Part shown: piece by piece, positions 8,983 through 17,267 of the stretch | Position numbering within the stretch: position 1 is the stretch's first letter | Layout: every line of letters starts with the position of its first letter | DNA from: a virus | Lineage: Duplodnaviria; Caudoviricetes | IMG/VR virus record: IMGVR_UViG_3300032104_000024 | Span: 1 to 26,455 of that record | DNA length: 26,455 nt | Direction: 5' to 3' (one strand) | Position numbers and translations under genes: made by a program | The notes under the pieces: model-generated | What the model was told of the DNA's origin: nothing | What the model saw: the letters and a program-made list of their open reading frames with translations, nothing else | Databases searched by the model: none

Positions 8983-11765
8983 CTGGTAACAATCATATCA
9001 GGAATAAAGGCAAGGATAGTCATAGGCAAGGGGTCTTTTTGTCTTAAGAACATCCGTCCTGTCTTATTCCAAGCAGACGTAATTCTAATTTCTTTATCCC
9101 CTGTCAATAAAGCAGTGGGAGCGCCAATAGGCTCAAACTCTCTTTGTTTCATCTCTGTTAAATGATTACTATCAGGGCCAATTAGAAGGCCACGAGAATT
9201 CGCAAACCTAACAGTGACGACAGGAATGAGACGGCTCTTCCCTTGTATTGTTCTCTTAGTATCGGGCTCAGGATCAAGCGTCTCTATATCAGATGTATAT
9301 CCTTTTCCCACATGTATCCTACTAAACCCACGAGGCAACGTCAATCCACCTAAAGGAGATACAGTGAGTGAAGAAATAACATTACCGTCAGCTAAGACAG
9401 CAACAGACGTATTAACAAGATGATGTAACTTCGTAAGCGAACTTACTACAAGCCTTGCTTCACCCCCTTCAACATAAGCGTTAAATCCCTCCCCATTAAT
9501 ATTGCTCCCGTCTTCTATACTGGCGAGGGTGAAGGTGTTGGTAGCAACATTAGCAACAGTAAAGCGTCCATTGTTTAACTGTGCAGGCTGTGTCTCATTT
9601 CCTACACTATCAACATCCAATGTCCACACTATCCCACTTATGTCAACCTCATCATCGTTGCTATAACCATGAGCAGCTATTGTAATTACAACAGGATTGG
9701 TGAGAGAAATGGCCGTTATGTCTTGTGCATTATCATGTGTCAGGCCGCTATCAACAAAGAATGCATCCCTAACATCAGTGAAAAACCTATTATCAGTGCG
9801 CTCAATATACCTAACTGTGTTTCCATCTATCGTTCTTTGGACAACAAAATAAGCGGCTACGTCATTAGTTGTAAGAGAAGGACGTATAGCAGCTACGCTT
9901 TCATATTTTCCATCCGTATCCCAAATTGCCCAAGCCACCACCTCTTGCTCTTCGTTAAATGTTAACGTCAATACCTTCCCATCATCTCTTATGATATAAA
10001 CAATAGGCTCAGGGCTTGATGTAAATGCCCATTCCACCATGCTAAATCCATCAAACATATGTGGAACGAGAAGAGAAAGATCGTTTGTTGTATACCCATC
10101 AATCTCTAATGAAAACTTAATAGCCCTCACCCTATCTGTTCCTTCTTGAGAGAAGAGAACAGTGTTGCCAATAATTAAAGGAGGAAGAGAGTTAGCTCCC
10201 CATTGGCTTTGTGGGTTTTGTGTAATAGTGTCAATTGAAAACTTTGGATCACCACCAGAAGAAAGCGCCCATTCAGCACCACTCGTGAAGACAAGAAGGT
10301 TTCCCACTGAGACATAGTGCCTAATCTCATTAACCTCTTTCGATGTTAATGTTGTACTAAATGCATCATCAGCTTTTATAGGAATGCTCTTAGAATAATT
10401 ATTAAAACTACCAATAACAGAAAAATTAGTGGTATCGGGATCGTTATTACTGCTGCCAAAAAGCCTACGTTGTTGATGAAAACCAACACTGCTAGGCCGG
10501 TTATCAGCTCCACTGAATGGGGTGGCAAGGCGTGGAGGCGTATCATTTAAGTCTTCAATAGCCGCATCATCATCTACAAAACTTAATCCTTCCGTACCGC
10601 CTATAAAACCAAATATCCCTTGATTAAGCTTAAATATTCTATACCGACTAGCACCAGCAACAGCAGTCCAAGAGATAGTGACATCTTTATCATTTGTATG
10701 TTCTACAAATGTTGCAGCAACAGTCCCACCGCTAGTATAAGCTGTAAACCCTGTACTGTCTTCATTCAACAATTGAAATGTTGTTGCTGTTTGCCCACCT
10801 ATAACGAAATGTCTATTATTCAATTCCGTCATACCAACAATGCTACTTATATTTACAATATCACCATTATCAAAACTATGACTAGCAACTGTAACAACAG
10901 CCGGATCGGCTTGTGTTATACCTGTAATTGACACAGCGGCAGGATCAACTGATGTACCTGGAAGCCCTTCTTCTTGTCCATCAGCAGAAATAGCCGTAAC
11001 TTTCCACGATCCAGCAACTGTTCCGCTTCCTCCAGTAGCATCAATTAGTGTAGGAAAGGATATAGTGGGACGGAATGTAATATCTGTTAGTGTCCAATTA
11101 GAAAGAGACACACGAGCAAGCTCTGCTGGTGCATGAGAGGGGTGAACGATAGTAACAACATCAGCCGTCTGAACAAACTTCAATGCTCTTAGTTGTGCTT
11201 GTGTATATGGAGTGGTGAGGGTGAAGATACGAGCTGCTGTTCCTGCACTAGTGTATGGAGAAAAGCCAGTTCCATCAATATTGCTTCCAGTAAATTGATC
11301 TATAAGTTCAAACGTATTAGCAGCAACATTAGCAACGACAAAACGCCTTTCGTTAAGCTCTGTCATCCCAAGGACAGCCGTTATAAACACCTCATCATTA
11401 TTACTATAGCTATGCCCATTAGATGTTACAACAACAGGGGAAGCCTGAGTTGCATCTGTAATAGTGACAGTGGCCTCAGTGACATGCCCATCATTCCTAA
11501 TGACACGCATATACAGATTTCCAAATTCCAGAATATGTGTGTCAGTGGTTTTGAACTGAAAAGCAATTAGACGGGGAGCATTAGCATGATCTCTGACAGG
11601 ACCAATAAACAAACTGCCGGGACGATTTGATATTCCACCAAACTGATGGACTATCGTATTCCTAGCAATCCTAAGTCCTGTTTGATATGCTCGTATATCA
11701 GTACGGCCATATAGGCTGCTGCCTATTTCTCCTCTACTAAAACTTGATTGTATAATCTTAGTCAT
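8979..11765 (-). CDS. Tail tubular protein B / nozzle with three inserted E1-FCCH-like domains, 928 aa
   Basis: N-terminus QSSFSRGEI...GGISNRPG, plus FHQQRRLF, LLVFTSGAEW and QEVVAW, and C-terminus QKDPLPMTILA; it follows the tail adaptor. Confidence 0.85.
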   Translation of the reverse strand: MTKIIQSSFSRGEIGSSLYGRTDIRAYQTGLRIARNTIVHQFGGISNRPGSLFIGPVRDHANAPRLIAFQFKTTDTHILEFGNLYMRVIRNDGHVTEATVTITDATQASPVVVTSNGHSYSNNDEVFITAVLGMTELNERRFVVANVAANTFELIDQFTGSNIDGTGFSPYTSAGTAARIFTLTTPYTQAQLRALKFVQTADVVTIVHPSHAPAELARVSLSNWTLTDITFRPTISFPTLIDATGGSGTVAGSWKVTAISADGQEEGLPGTSVDPAAVSITGITQADPAVVTVASHSFDNGDIVNISSIVGMTELNNRHFVIGGQTATTFQLLNEDSTGFTAYTSGGTVAATFVEHTNDKDVTISWTAVAGASRYRIFKLNQGIFGFIGGTEGLSFVDDDAAIEDLNDTPPRLATPFSGADNRPSSVGFHQQRRLFGSSNNDPDTTNFSVIGSFNNYSKSIPIKADDAFSTTLTSKEVNEIRHYVSVGNLLVFTSGAEWALSSGGDPKFSIDTITQNPQSQWGANSLPPLIIGNTVLFSQEGTDRVRAIKFSLEIDGYTTNDLSLLVPHMFDGFSMVEWAFTSSPEPIVYIIRDDGKVLTLTFNEEQEVVAWAIWDTDGKYESVAAIRPSLTTNDVAAYFVVQRTIDGNTVRYIERTDNRFFTDVRDAFFVDSGLTHDNAQDITAISLTNPVVITIAAHGYSNDDEVDISGIVWTLDVDSVGNETQPAQLNNGRFTVANVATNTFTLASIEDGSNINGEGFNAYVEGGEARLVVSSLTKLHHLVNTSVAVLADGNVISSLTVSPLGGLTLPRGFSRIHVGKGYTSDIETLDPEPDTKRTIQGKSRLIPVVTVRFANSRGLLIGPDSNHLTEMKQREFEPIGAPTALLTGDKEIRITSAWNKTGRMFLRQKDPLPMTILAFIPDMIVTR
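9456..11465 (-). repeat. Three dispersed ~70-90 aa domain repeats (about 11235-11465, 10719-10931, 9456-9722) in the nozzle gene
   Basis: Shared pattern IT..TQA.P.VVT...H...N.D.V.I..(V/I).GMTELN...F.V......F.L...(D)..GF..Y..GG. The third copy has an insertion replacing GMTE. Confidence 0.85.
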
Positions 11766-12371
11766 TTATGCTCTGTCTCTAATATGTTGAGCATCTCTCG
11801 GTGGATCAGCTTGTCCTTCAAGAGCATTATAAGCTTGAGCAACTCTCACTAAGGCAATATAAGTTTGTAACATTTCTTTTTTAATCTCTGGGCTACCTGT
11901 GAGAGGGAAAGATATATGATGTGCCAATAGATAAGAGAGAGCTTCAATAAACATAGGAGGAAACAATGTAGTTGCTTGTGTATTAAAAGTGTAAACAGCT
12001 ATAGCATCCTCAACATCTGTTAAGATTGTTTTCTCTGTTCCATCATCACTCATTTCTATTTCAAATGGACTAGCATCAGCAAGCTTACCCGCAGGGTTCA
12101 CCATACTCCTTATCTTTAAAGCATCTGCTGGATATTGATAACGAAAGGTCCAAACACCCTCGGGAGCATCGTCACTATGAAGAGCTAACGTTTGCCTCCT
12201 TCTGGCAAAAGTCCAATCCAATATCTCTAATGCTTGCTCTCTACTAAAGTCATACCAGAGATTAATTTGATTTGCTTCAGGAACATTTTCTGTCAAACTC
12301 TCAATTATACTGCTTGCACCAATATGAGAAAGAGCCATATTTCCTATTCTCACTGGACTAACAATTGCCAT
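11766..12371 (-). CDS. Tail tubular protein A / head-tail adaptor (T7 gp11-like), 201 aa
   Basis: IGNMALSHIG, WTFARRRQTL, YQYPADALKI and FIEALSYLLA match this family; it precedes the nozzle. Confidence 0.85.
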   Translation of the reverse strand: MAIVSPVRIGNMALSHIGASSIIESLTENVPEANQINLWYDFSREQALEILDWTFARRRQTLALHSDDAPEGVWTFRYQYPADALKIRSMVNPAGKLADASPFEIEMSDDGTEKTILTDVEDAIAVYTFNTQATTLFPPMFIEALSYLLAHHISFPLTGSPEIKKEMLQTYIALVRVAQAYNALEGQADPPRDAQHIRDRA

Positions 12372-12386
12372 CTTATCATTTTTCCT

Positions 12387-12482
12387 TTACATCCTACGTC
12401 TACGACGTAGCCAAACAATACCAACAGGAGATACAACAACGCCTCCACCTGCAAAACCAAGGTTCATTAACCAACACAACAT
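12387..12482 (-). CDS. 31-aa peptide MLCWLMNLGFAGGGVVVSPVGIVWLRRRRRM (below the ORF track cutoff)
   Basis: The ATG overlaps the upstream TGA (TGATG). The ORF fills the gap exactly up to the AAGGA RBS of the adaptor gene. Confidence 0.55.
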   Translation of the reverse strand: MLCWLMNLGFAGGGVVVSPVGIVWLRRRRRM

Positions 12483-13765
12483 CATGCAAATCCTAAATTA
12501 ACAACAACCTGATTTGCTCCCGGTGCACCAGAATCAGCGTCAGCGATGCCTGTGGTCGCAGCTACAGTAATCGCGGTCCCAAAGGCGATGCCATTCGGGA
12601 TCGAGAGCGTGAAGCCCGCTCCGTTGGTATCCCCCTGAGTCGCCAAAGGGAAGGTCAGGTCCGGCACCGTGGTCCCAACAACGACCGTCGCCACCGTGGC
12701 GTCGTAGAACTTTAGGAACAACGTGGCTGCGGAGAGGTTCATCGCGTGTATCCAATAGACTTGTCCAGCACTGGCCTTGATCGCGTCCTCGCTTTCATCT
12801 ACGTCGATGTTCTTGTAAATCGTAGTGCCACCACTTGTTCTGGTTCCCATAAGGCTAACTAATTGACCATCAGTAGCATTACCCCTCATCCTATCCCAAG
12901 TGGTGCCGTTGAAAAAGCACGGGGCAACGCCCAATTTTCTGATTTCACCTTCTAAGGTAGGGAGAAGGCCAATGGTATTTGAACTGCCATCCGTCGCCGT
13001 TAAGTTAATTGCAAGTATCGGTCTCCCCGAACTATTCATAAGAAGACTCTGAACATTTGTTCCATCATCTCCGCCAATTAGGACAGGGTTTCCAACAACT
13101 ACAGCGCCATCTGCCGCCAAACCACCTATACCTTGTGAACCTGCAACACCGCCTGTAACAACAGCCGTTCCACCGATCTGATTCAAATTAACACTTGAAT
13201 TGGCAGCAATCGTAACATCATTATTACCGCCCAAATCGACTAATACACCATTTGTTGCATTCGAGAGATCAGTACCATCGGATGCCCTAATTGTAGTGTG
13301 GAGAGATCGCTGTGATGTAATACGAACAGGCGCAATATTATTCTCGGTAGCCGCTGTTGTCGTTATATCATCTAATTGACCACCGAGACAACCTGATTCC
13401 TTAAACGCTTCATTAATCGTATGACCAATAGGTGTCAGAAAATCTCCAGTACCAGCGTTAGACGTGATCGTGCCCGAAATAGGCTGAGTAACGGCGGAGC
13501 CATCTACGAGAAGAGTTCCTGTACCTGCATTAGCTGTAACAGTGCCAGATACGGGTTGTGTAACAGCCGATCCATCAACCGTAACTGTGCCCGTGACACG
13601 AGTGACATCCACTTCAAGGCCATTCGCTGCCGTACCTTCAATTGGCGTAGTACTGAGAAGAGTTCCATCTATCAACTTGACTCGCTGATATTCTATACCA
13701 GCAATATCTTCTGTAGCAATAGTGTCACCACCAGAACCTGTGTTGAGAATCACATCATCGGCCAT
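12482..13765 (-). CDS. Putative fibre-like / decoration structural protein, 427 aa
   Basis: Thr/Gly/Asp/Val-rich, with a tandem repeat, the motif FNGTTWDRMRG, and a C-terminal beta domain (IKASAGQVY...FLKFYD...GIAFGTAITVAATT). Confidence 0.6.
   Translation of the reverse strand: MADDVILNTGSGGDTIATEDIAGIEYQRVKLIDGTLLSTTPIEGTAANGLEVDVTRVTGTVTVDGSAVTQPVSGTVTANAGTGTLLVDGSAVTQPISGTITSNAGTGDFLTPIGHTINEAFKESGCLGGQLDDITTTAATENNIAPVRITSQRSLHTTIRASDGTDLSNATNGVLVDLGGNNDVTIAANSSVNLNQIGGTAVVTGGVAGSQGIGGLAADGAVVVGNPVLIGGDDGTNVQSLLMNSSGRPILAINLTATDGSSNTIGLLPTLEGEIRKLGVAPCFFNGTTWDRMRGNATDGQLVSLMGTRTSGGTTIYKNIDVDESEDAIKASAGQVYWIHAMNLSAATLFLKFYDATVATVVVGTTVPDLTFPLATQGDTNGAGFTLSIPNGIAFGTAITVAATTGIADADSGAPGANQVVVNLGFA
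13445..13579 (-). repeat. Two in-frame copies of a 21-aa motif with 24-aa period
   Basis: VDGSAVTQPVSGTVTANAGTG and VDGSAVTQPISGTITSNAGTG (residues 63-83 and 87-107). Confidence 0.85.
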
Positions 13766-14365
13766 TTATGCCCCCACTCCTATAAGAGCCAATCCAAGTG
13801 CTGTACCAGCGGCTGGTGTTTTTATAATCGTCACCGTAGGTACAACGTTATTAACAATACCATTAGGACTAGAAAGTGAGAAATCAAAAGTATCGTTATT
13901 AGTTACATTGGCAGTAACCAATTCAATTCCATAAACATGCTCAGTAAAATTATCTGTCGTGAGCAACATATCATCCACAAGCCCATCGGTCGATTGCTCA
14001 CCGGCTACAAACACGCCAGCACCAGGATCAGAGATGTCATCCGGCGAAGCTCGATTCGTAGTTGAATTGTCGTTAGTAAGACCTGCCGCTACAGCACGTA
14101 TGCCATCACCACTGTCGGTGGTCGTAAGATTGATGGCGGCTGCACTATTCTTAGAATACTGAATTTGGTAGCCACTACCAGCCTTACCATCAGCCCCACC
14201 TGTTTCATCAACACGTATCCTTACCTGGAATGGTTGATTACCGGGATCAACATCAATATTTACATCAACATCCTGGTTGGCAAGCGGTGTCGATGCAGCT
14301 TCGCCTCCATCGTCGTCATAGAAGCGGTAGGCGTTGAAGTGCGGCGTGAATGAGGCATGGGTCAC
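13766..14365 (-). CDS. Hypothetical acidic beta-sandwich protein with hydrophobic C-terminal tail, 199 aa
   Basis: YRFYDDDGGEAAS...FQVRIRV...YQIQYSKN; ends in GTALGLALIGVGA; ATGA-coupled to the upstream gene. Confidence 0.55.
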   Translation of the reverse strand: MTHASFTPHFNAYRFYDDDGGEAASTPLANQDVDVNIDVDPGNQPFQVRIRVDETGGADGKAGSGYQIQYSKNSAAAINLTTTDSGDGIRAVAAGLTNDNSTTNRASPDDISDPGAGVFVAGEQSTDGLVDDMLLTTDNFTEHVYGIELVTANVTNNDTFDFSLSSPNGIVNNVVPTVTIIKTPAAGTALGLALIGVGA

Positions 14366-14664
14366 AGAAGCCCGACCTCAACGGCATGTCGGCAAATGTC
14401 TTGATAAGTCTTATCGTAAATCGTGCGCCCATAAAGAACCTTTACAGGGCCATCAGTATGCATCAGATAATCATAGAAACCCGGTTCATCCTTACCGTCC
14501 CAACCCATATCCTGATCCCAGCAATAATAAGGCTGACCGTGAATCAAAATAAAACCACGTTCATTGTTAGATTTCTGAATAATGAGTTGTACATTGAGTA
14601 TTGGTGCATAAAACGGATCACCATTATATGAACTGCCATCCCCATAATAGATACGCCAAAGCAT
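14362..14664 (-). CDS. Hypothetical aromatic-rich protein, 100 aa
   Basis: Tightly packed ORF on the operon strand, rich in W/Y/G/D (WRIYYGDGS...YYCWD...YDYL...YGRTI). Confidence 0.6.
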   Translation of the reverse strand: MLWRIYYGDGSSYNGDPFYAPILNVQLIIQKSNNERGFILIHGQPYYCWDQDMGWDGKDEPGFYDYLMHTDGPVKVLYGRTIYDKTYQDICRHAVEVGLL

Positions 14665-14665
14665 A

Positions 14666-15139
14666 TTAACTAAACTTCTTTCGTAAAATATTTAATTCAT
14701 CATTAAGAGCATCTATCTTATTCTGAATCTCAGTTTCTTTGATGGCTGCTTTCTTCAAGAGTTCATTATGTTTTTCTAGTTCATTCTTTGTTTTCAATTG
14801 AAGTTCCCTTGCTTCTTTTTTAGCATCCTCAATTATTCTATTCCCTTTATCTGCATCTTTTTTAAGAAGACTAGCAGATAATCTTTCTGTATCAGAGATA
14901 ACTTTCTTTGTTTTAGCATAAATAGCATCTAACTCATTCTCAGCTTCCATCAATTCTGCTTCAACTTTATCATGTTCTTTAATAACCTGTTCGGCATCAA
15001 ATCGAACTTTTTTAACTACTTGTTCAGCAGTTCTTTTAGCTTGCTCAAGATTTTCTATTTCTGCTACCTCTTCAGCAACCTCAATTAAATCTTTAAATTG
15101 CTTCTTAAGATTCTTAACTCTCGTTGCTGCCTGTGTCAT
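14666..15139 (-). CDS. Coiled-coil protein, 157 aa
   Basis: K/E-rich heptad pattern over the whole length, with no Pro. Confidence 0.7.
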   Translation of the reverse strand: MTQAATRVKNLKKQFKDLIEVAEEVAEIENLEQAKRTAEQVVKKVRFDAEQVIKEHDKVEAELMEAENELDAIYAKTKKVISDTERLSASLLKKDADKGNRIIEDAKKEARELQLKTKNELEKHNELLKKAAIKETEIQNKIDALNDELNILRKKFS

Positions 15140-15498
15140 TTCATTGTACTCCTTGCAAGCAAGATAGCAGTGAAATTAGTAGTGCCATCACCAGCAGTTA
15201 CTCTTGGACGAATATGTGCAGCCACAGGAGCTACTAATTCTCCATCACTTCCAATAAAGGAAATTAAATTATCTCCGCCATCTCTCATCTGAAAATATGT
15301 AGCTGGACTTACCTCACAACTAGCCTCTAAAATAATAGTATCTCCAACACCAGCAGCTACTTGTATTACTTGAAATGTCATATCAGCTGCAAGCGGAACA
15401 CTAACTGGCGCACCATCATCTCCATTAAGGAGTCCCGTCCATATAAATCTATGAACCTTATTTGAAATTACAGAAGGTTCAAAACTTCTTGTTGCCAT
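15136..15498 (-). CDS. Small beta-strand protein, putative capsid decoration or spike base, 120 aa
   Basis: AGGAG RBS. The pattern WTGLLNGDDGAP...TFQV...LEAS...HIRPRVTAGDGTT is one I associate with small podovirus head-module proteins. Confidence 0.55.
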   Translation of the reverse strand: MATRSFEPSVISNKVHRFIWTGLLNGDDGAPVSVPLAADMTFQVIQVAAGVGDTIILEASCEVSPATYFQMRDGGDNLISFIGSDGELVAPVAAHIRPRVTAGDGTTNFTAILLARSTMK

Positions 15499-15509
15499 AT
15501 TCTATTCTC

Positions 15510-16070
15510 CTATGAGATCAAACAACCAGAGAAATAAGTAAGCAGAACAGAACTTCCGTTGATATCCTGCACGTTAGACGCTTCGCCAGTCCCCTGTAGC
15601 CTAGCGAAGGCTGTATCTAACGCATCCATGTCAGCTATTGCCACGAGTGTCCTTTCTATTGTAGTGGGCAAAGTATCAGTATGTACCCAAACACTTGAAT
15701 AAGTTCTGTTTGATGTAACTAGATCAAGGTCCATTCTGTCTGCGGCTGCGGTAACTCCACCAACTGATACAGTAACTTGTAGCAAATATTTTCCTGTAAC
15801 GGAAGCCGTAAAAGTATCTGCGACAAAATCAGCCCCCTGATCAAAAACTTCTGTATCAAAATCAATGGTAGCTATTGCCCCAGCACCTGTAACGTCAGTA
15901 TCAGTCACGCTGTTGAAGGCGAGGAAGCAGGGCTGGCTAGTATTCGTATGGGTGCCAGTCCAAACAACTGGATCATCAGCCGTAGTGACACCAGGATTAT
16001 GGAGTGGGCTGGCTGCCACCAACCACACGAGTAGGCCAAACAATCCAAGACCTATTAAAATGTTTCTCAT
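15510..16070 (-). CDS. C1q/TNF-like beta-domain protein with signal-peptide-like N-terminus
   Basis: Likely start is MRNILIGLGLFGLLVWLVAAS at 16070 (TAATG overlap). QPCFLA...IDFDTEVFDQGADF...FTASVTGKYLL...YFSGCLI follows the C1q-like pattern. Confidence 0.65.
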   Translation of the reverse strand: MRNILIGLGLFGLLVWLVAASPLHNPGVTTADDPVVWTGTHTNTSQPCFLAFNSVTDTDVTGAGAIATIDFDTEVFDQGADFVADTFTASVTGKYLLQVTVSVGGVTAAADRMDLDLVTSNRTYSSVWVHTDTLPTTIERTLVAIADMDALDTAFARLQGTGEASNVQDINGSSVLLTYFSGCLIS

Positions 16071-16420
16071 TAGTTGCTCCACTCTGTTACAAGGATGGTG
16101 CCAGTGCCACTAGCCACAATACAGTTCACAATCTCTCTGTCAAGATTTCCATCCGCATCAGTGATATAATAAGAGCCTCCATTAGCATTTAACCGGATGC
16201 CTTCATTGGCCACCGCAGTTTGATTGATAGTAATCCAAATAGTCTGTGTGCTATCGTTGACGAACAACGCCGATACTCGGCCCCCATTCAATGCTAGCGC
16301 CTCAGTACTAGTATTAGCGCACGAGACAGCAGTATGAACTTCATTGCGAGCTTCACCAGCAAAAGCATCATTTACGATTAGCCCAAAAAAAACTACAGCA
16401 AGAATTAACCCAATCTTCAT
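16070..16420 (-). CDS. Small beta protein with predicted Sec signal peptide, 116 aa
   Basis: MKIGLILAVVFFGLIVNDAFA has a basic N-region, a hydrophobic core and an AFA cleavage motif. The mature part contains ALFVNDSTQTIWI...GIRLNANGGSY. Confidence 0.6.
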   Translation of the reverse strand: MKIGLILAVVFFGLIVNDAFAGEARNEVHTAVSCANTSTEALALNGGRVSALFVNDSTQTIWITINQTAVANEGIRLNANGGSYYITDADGNLDREIVNCIVASGTGTILVTEWSN

Positions 16421-16731
16421 TTTGATGCCTCTTTCTTAAACTTTTTCTTATAGCCTTCACGAGTGGCATCAGCCTCTTCAAGAAGCTGCTGATGCCTATC
16501 ACTATCTAAGCGAGCTAAATCAAGAAGCTCAGCATCAAGCTCTTTTGCTACTTTCTTCTCAGGCATCTTATCTAGTATTTCACTATCAGGCGGAAGAAAA
16601 TCTTTCAAACTATCAGGCATTTCATGTATGCCTTTCTTATACCTACGCCCCGAAACAGAAAGATTGAGGCCCTTAGCATAACCTTCTTTTTCTGAAGGGG
16701 CAAACCAATTATTCTTAAGCTTCACTAACAT
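16417..16731 (-). CDS. Hypothetical head-module protein, 104 aa
   Basis: TAAGGA RBS 9 nt upstream; charged protein directly after the cement gene. Confidence 0.6.
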   Translation of the reverse strand: MLVKLKNNWFAPSEKEGYAKGLNLSVSGRRYKKGIHEMPDSLKDFLPPDSEILDKMPEKKVAKELDAELLDLARLDSDRHQQLLEEADATREGYKKKFKKEASK

Positions 16732-16738
16732 TAAACTT

Positions 16739-16781
16739 TTTCCTTATGTAAGGAAAGGTTGGCCAATAGGCGGCCAACCTT
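16739..16781 (-). terminator. Terminator-like hairpin after the capsid and cement genes, plus a second hairpin covering the next RBS
   Basis: AAGGTTGGCC-N7-GGCCAACCTT (16755-16781, perfect 10-bp stem) with only a weak U-tract; overlapping inverted repeat TTTCCTTA-tg-TAAGGAAA (16739-16756). Confidence 0.6.
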
Positions 16782-16792
16782 CTCCCATAACA

Positions 16793-17245
16793 TTAATTAT
16801 TAGCATCAGCATGAGAAGTCCAACCTGTCGGATCGACAGTAATGAAGGCATTAACAGCGCCAGCATTCAATGCAAATCCACCAGCTTCTCTTATCTGGAA
16901 TGCAATATGACGCTCATACAACGGATTTACAGCAGGAAGAACATGCACCTGCGTATATCCTGCGGTTAAAGTAGCAACCGGAATAGCATCGCTTTCAAAG
17001 TGCCTAGTGGCAGTACCATCCGTAGCAATTATAGAAGTACTATCACTTACTAACAAAAAGGCCACTGTCGCTGCACCAGCAGAAGTGATGGTAGTATCAA
17101 CAGTAATCACCATATAAACAGGATGGCCTTGGCCCAAATCCCGAACAACCTCAGAGTCGATAGTATCACCAATATTAACAGTACTATTAAGTGGTGTACC
17201 AACACTTACGGCATCGGCAAACTCAGTGCGTTCATCCAAAATCAT
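16793..17245 (-). CDS. Capsid cement/decoration protein (BPP-1 Bbp16-like), 150 aa
   Basis: MILD...F, DTID...RDLGQG.PVY and GAVNAFIT motifs; lies immediately downstream of the major capsid gene; AAGGAG RBS. Confidence 0.8.
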   Translation of the reverse strand: MILDERTEFADAVSVGTPLNSTVNIGDTIDSEVVRDLGQGHPVYMVITVDTTITSAGAATVAFLLVSDSTSIIATDGTATRHFESDAIPVATLTAGYTQVHVLPAVNPLYERHIAFQIREAGGFALNAGAVNAFITVDPTGWTSHADANN

Positions 17246-17267
17246 TTCTATTCTCCTTTATCTGCCG

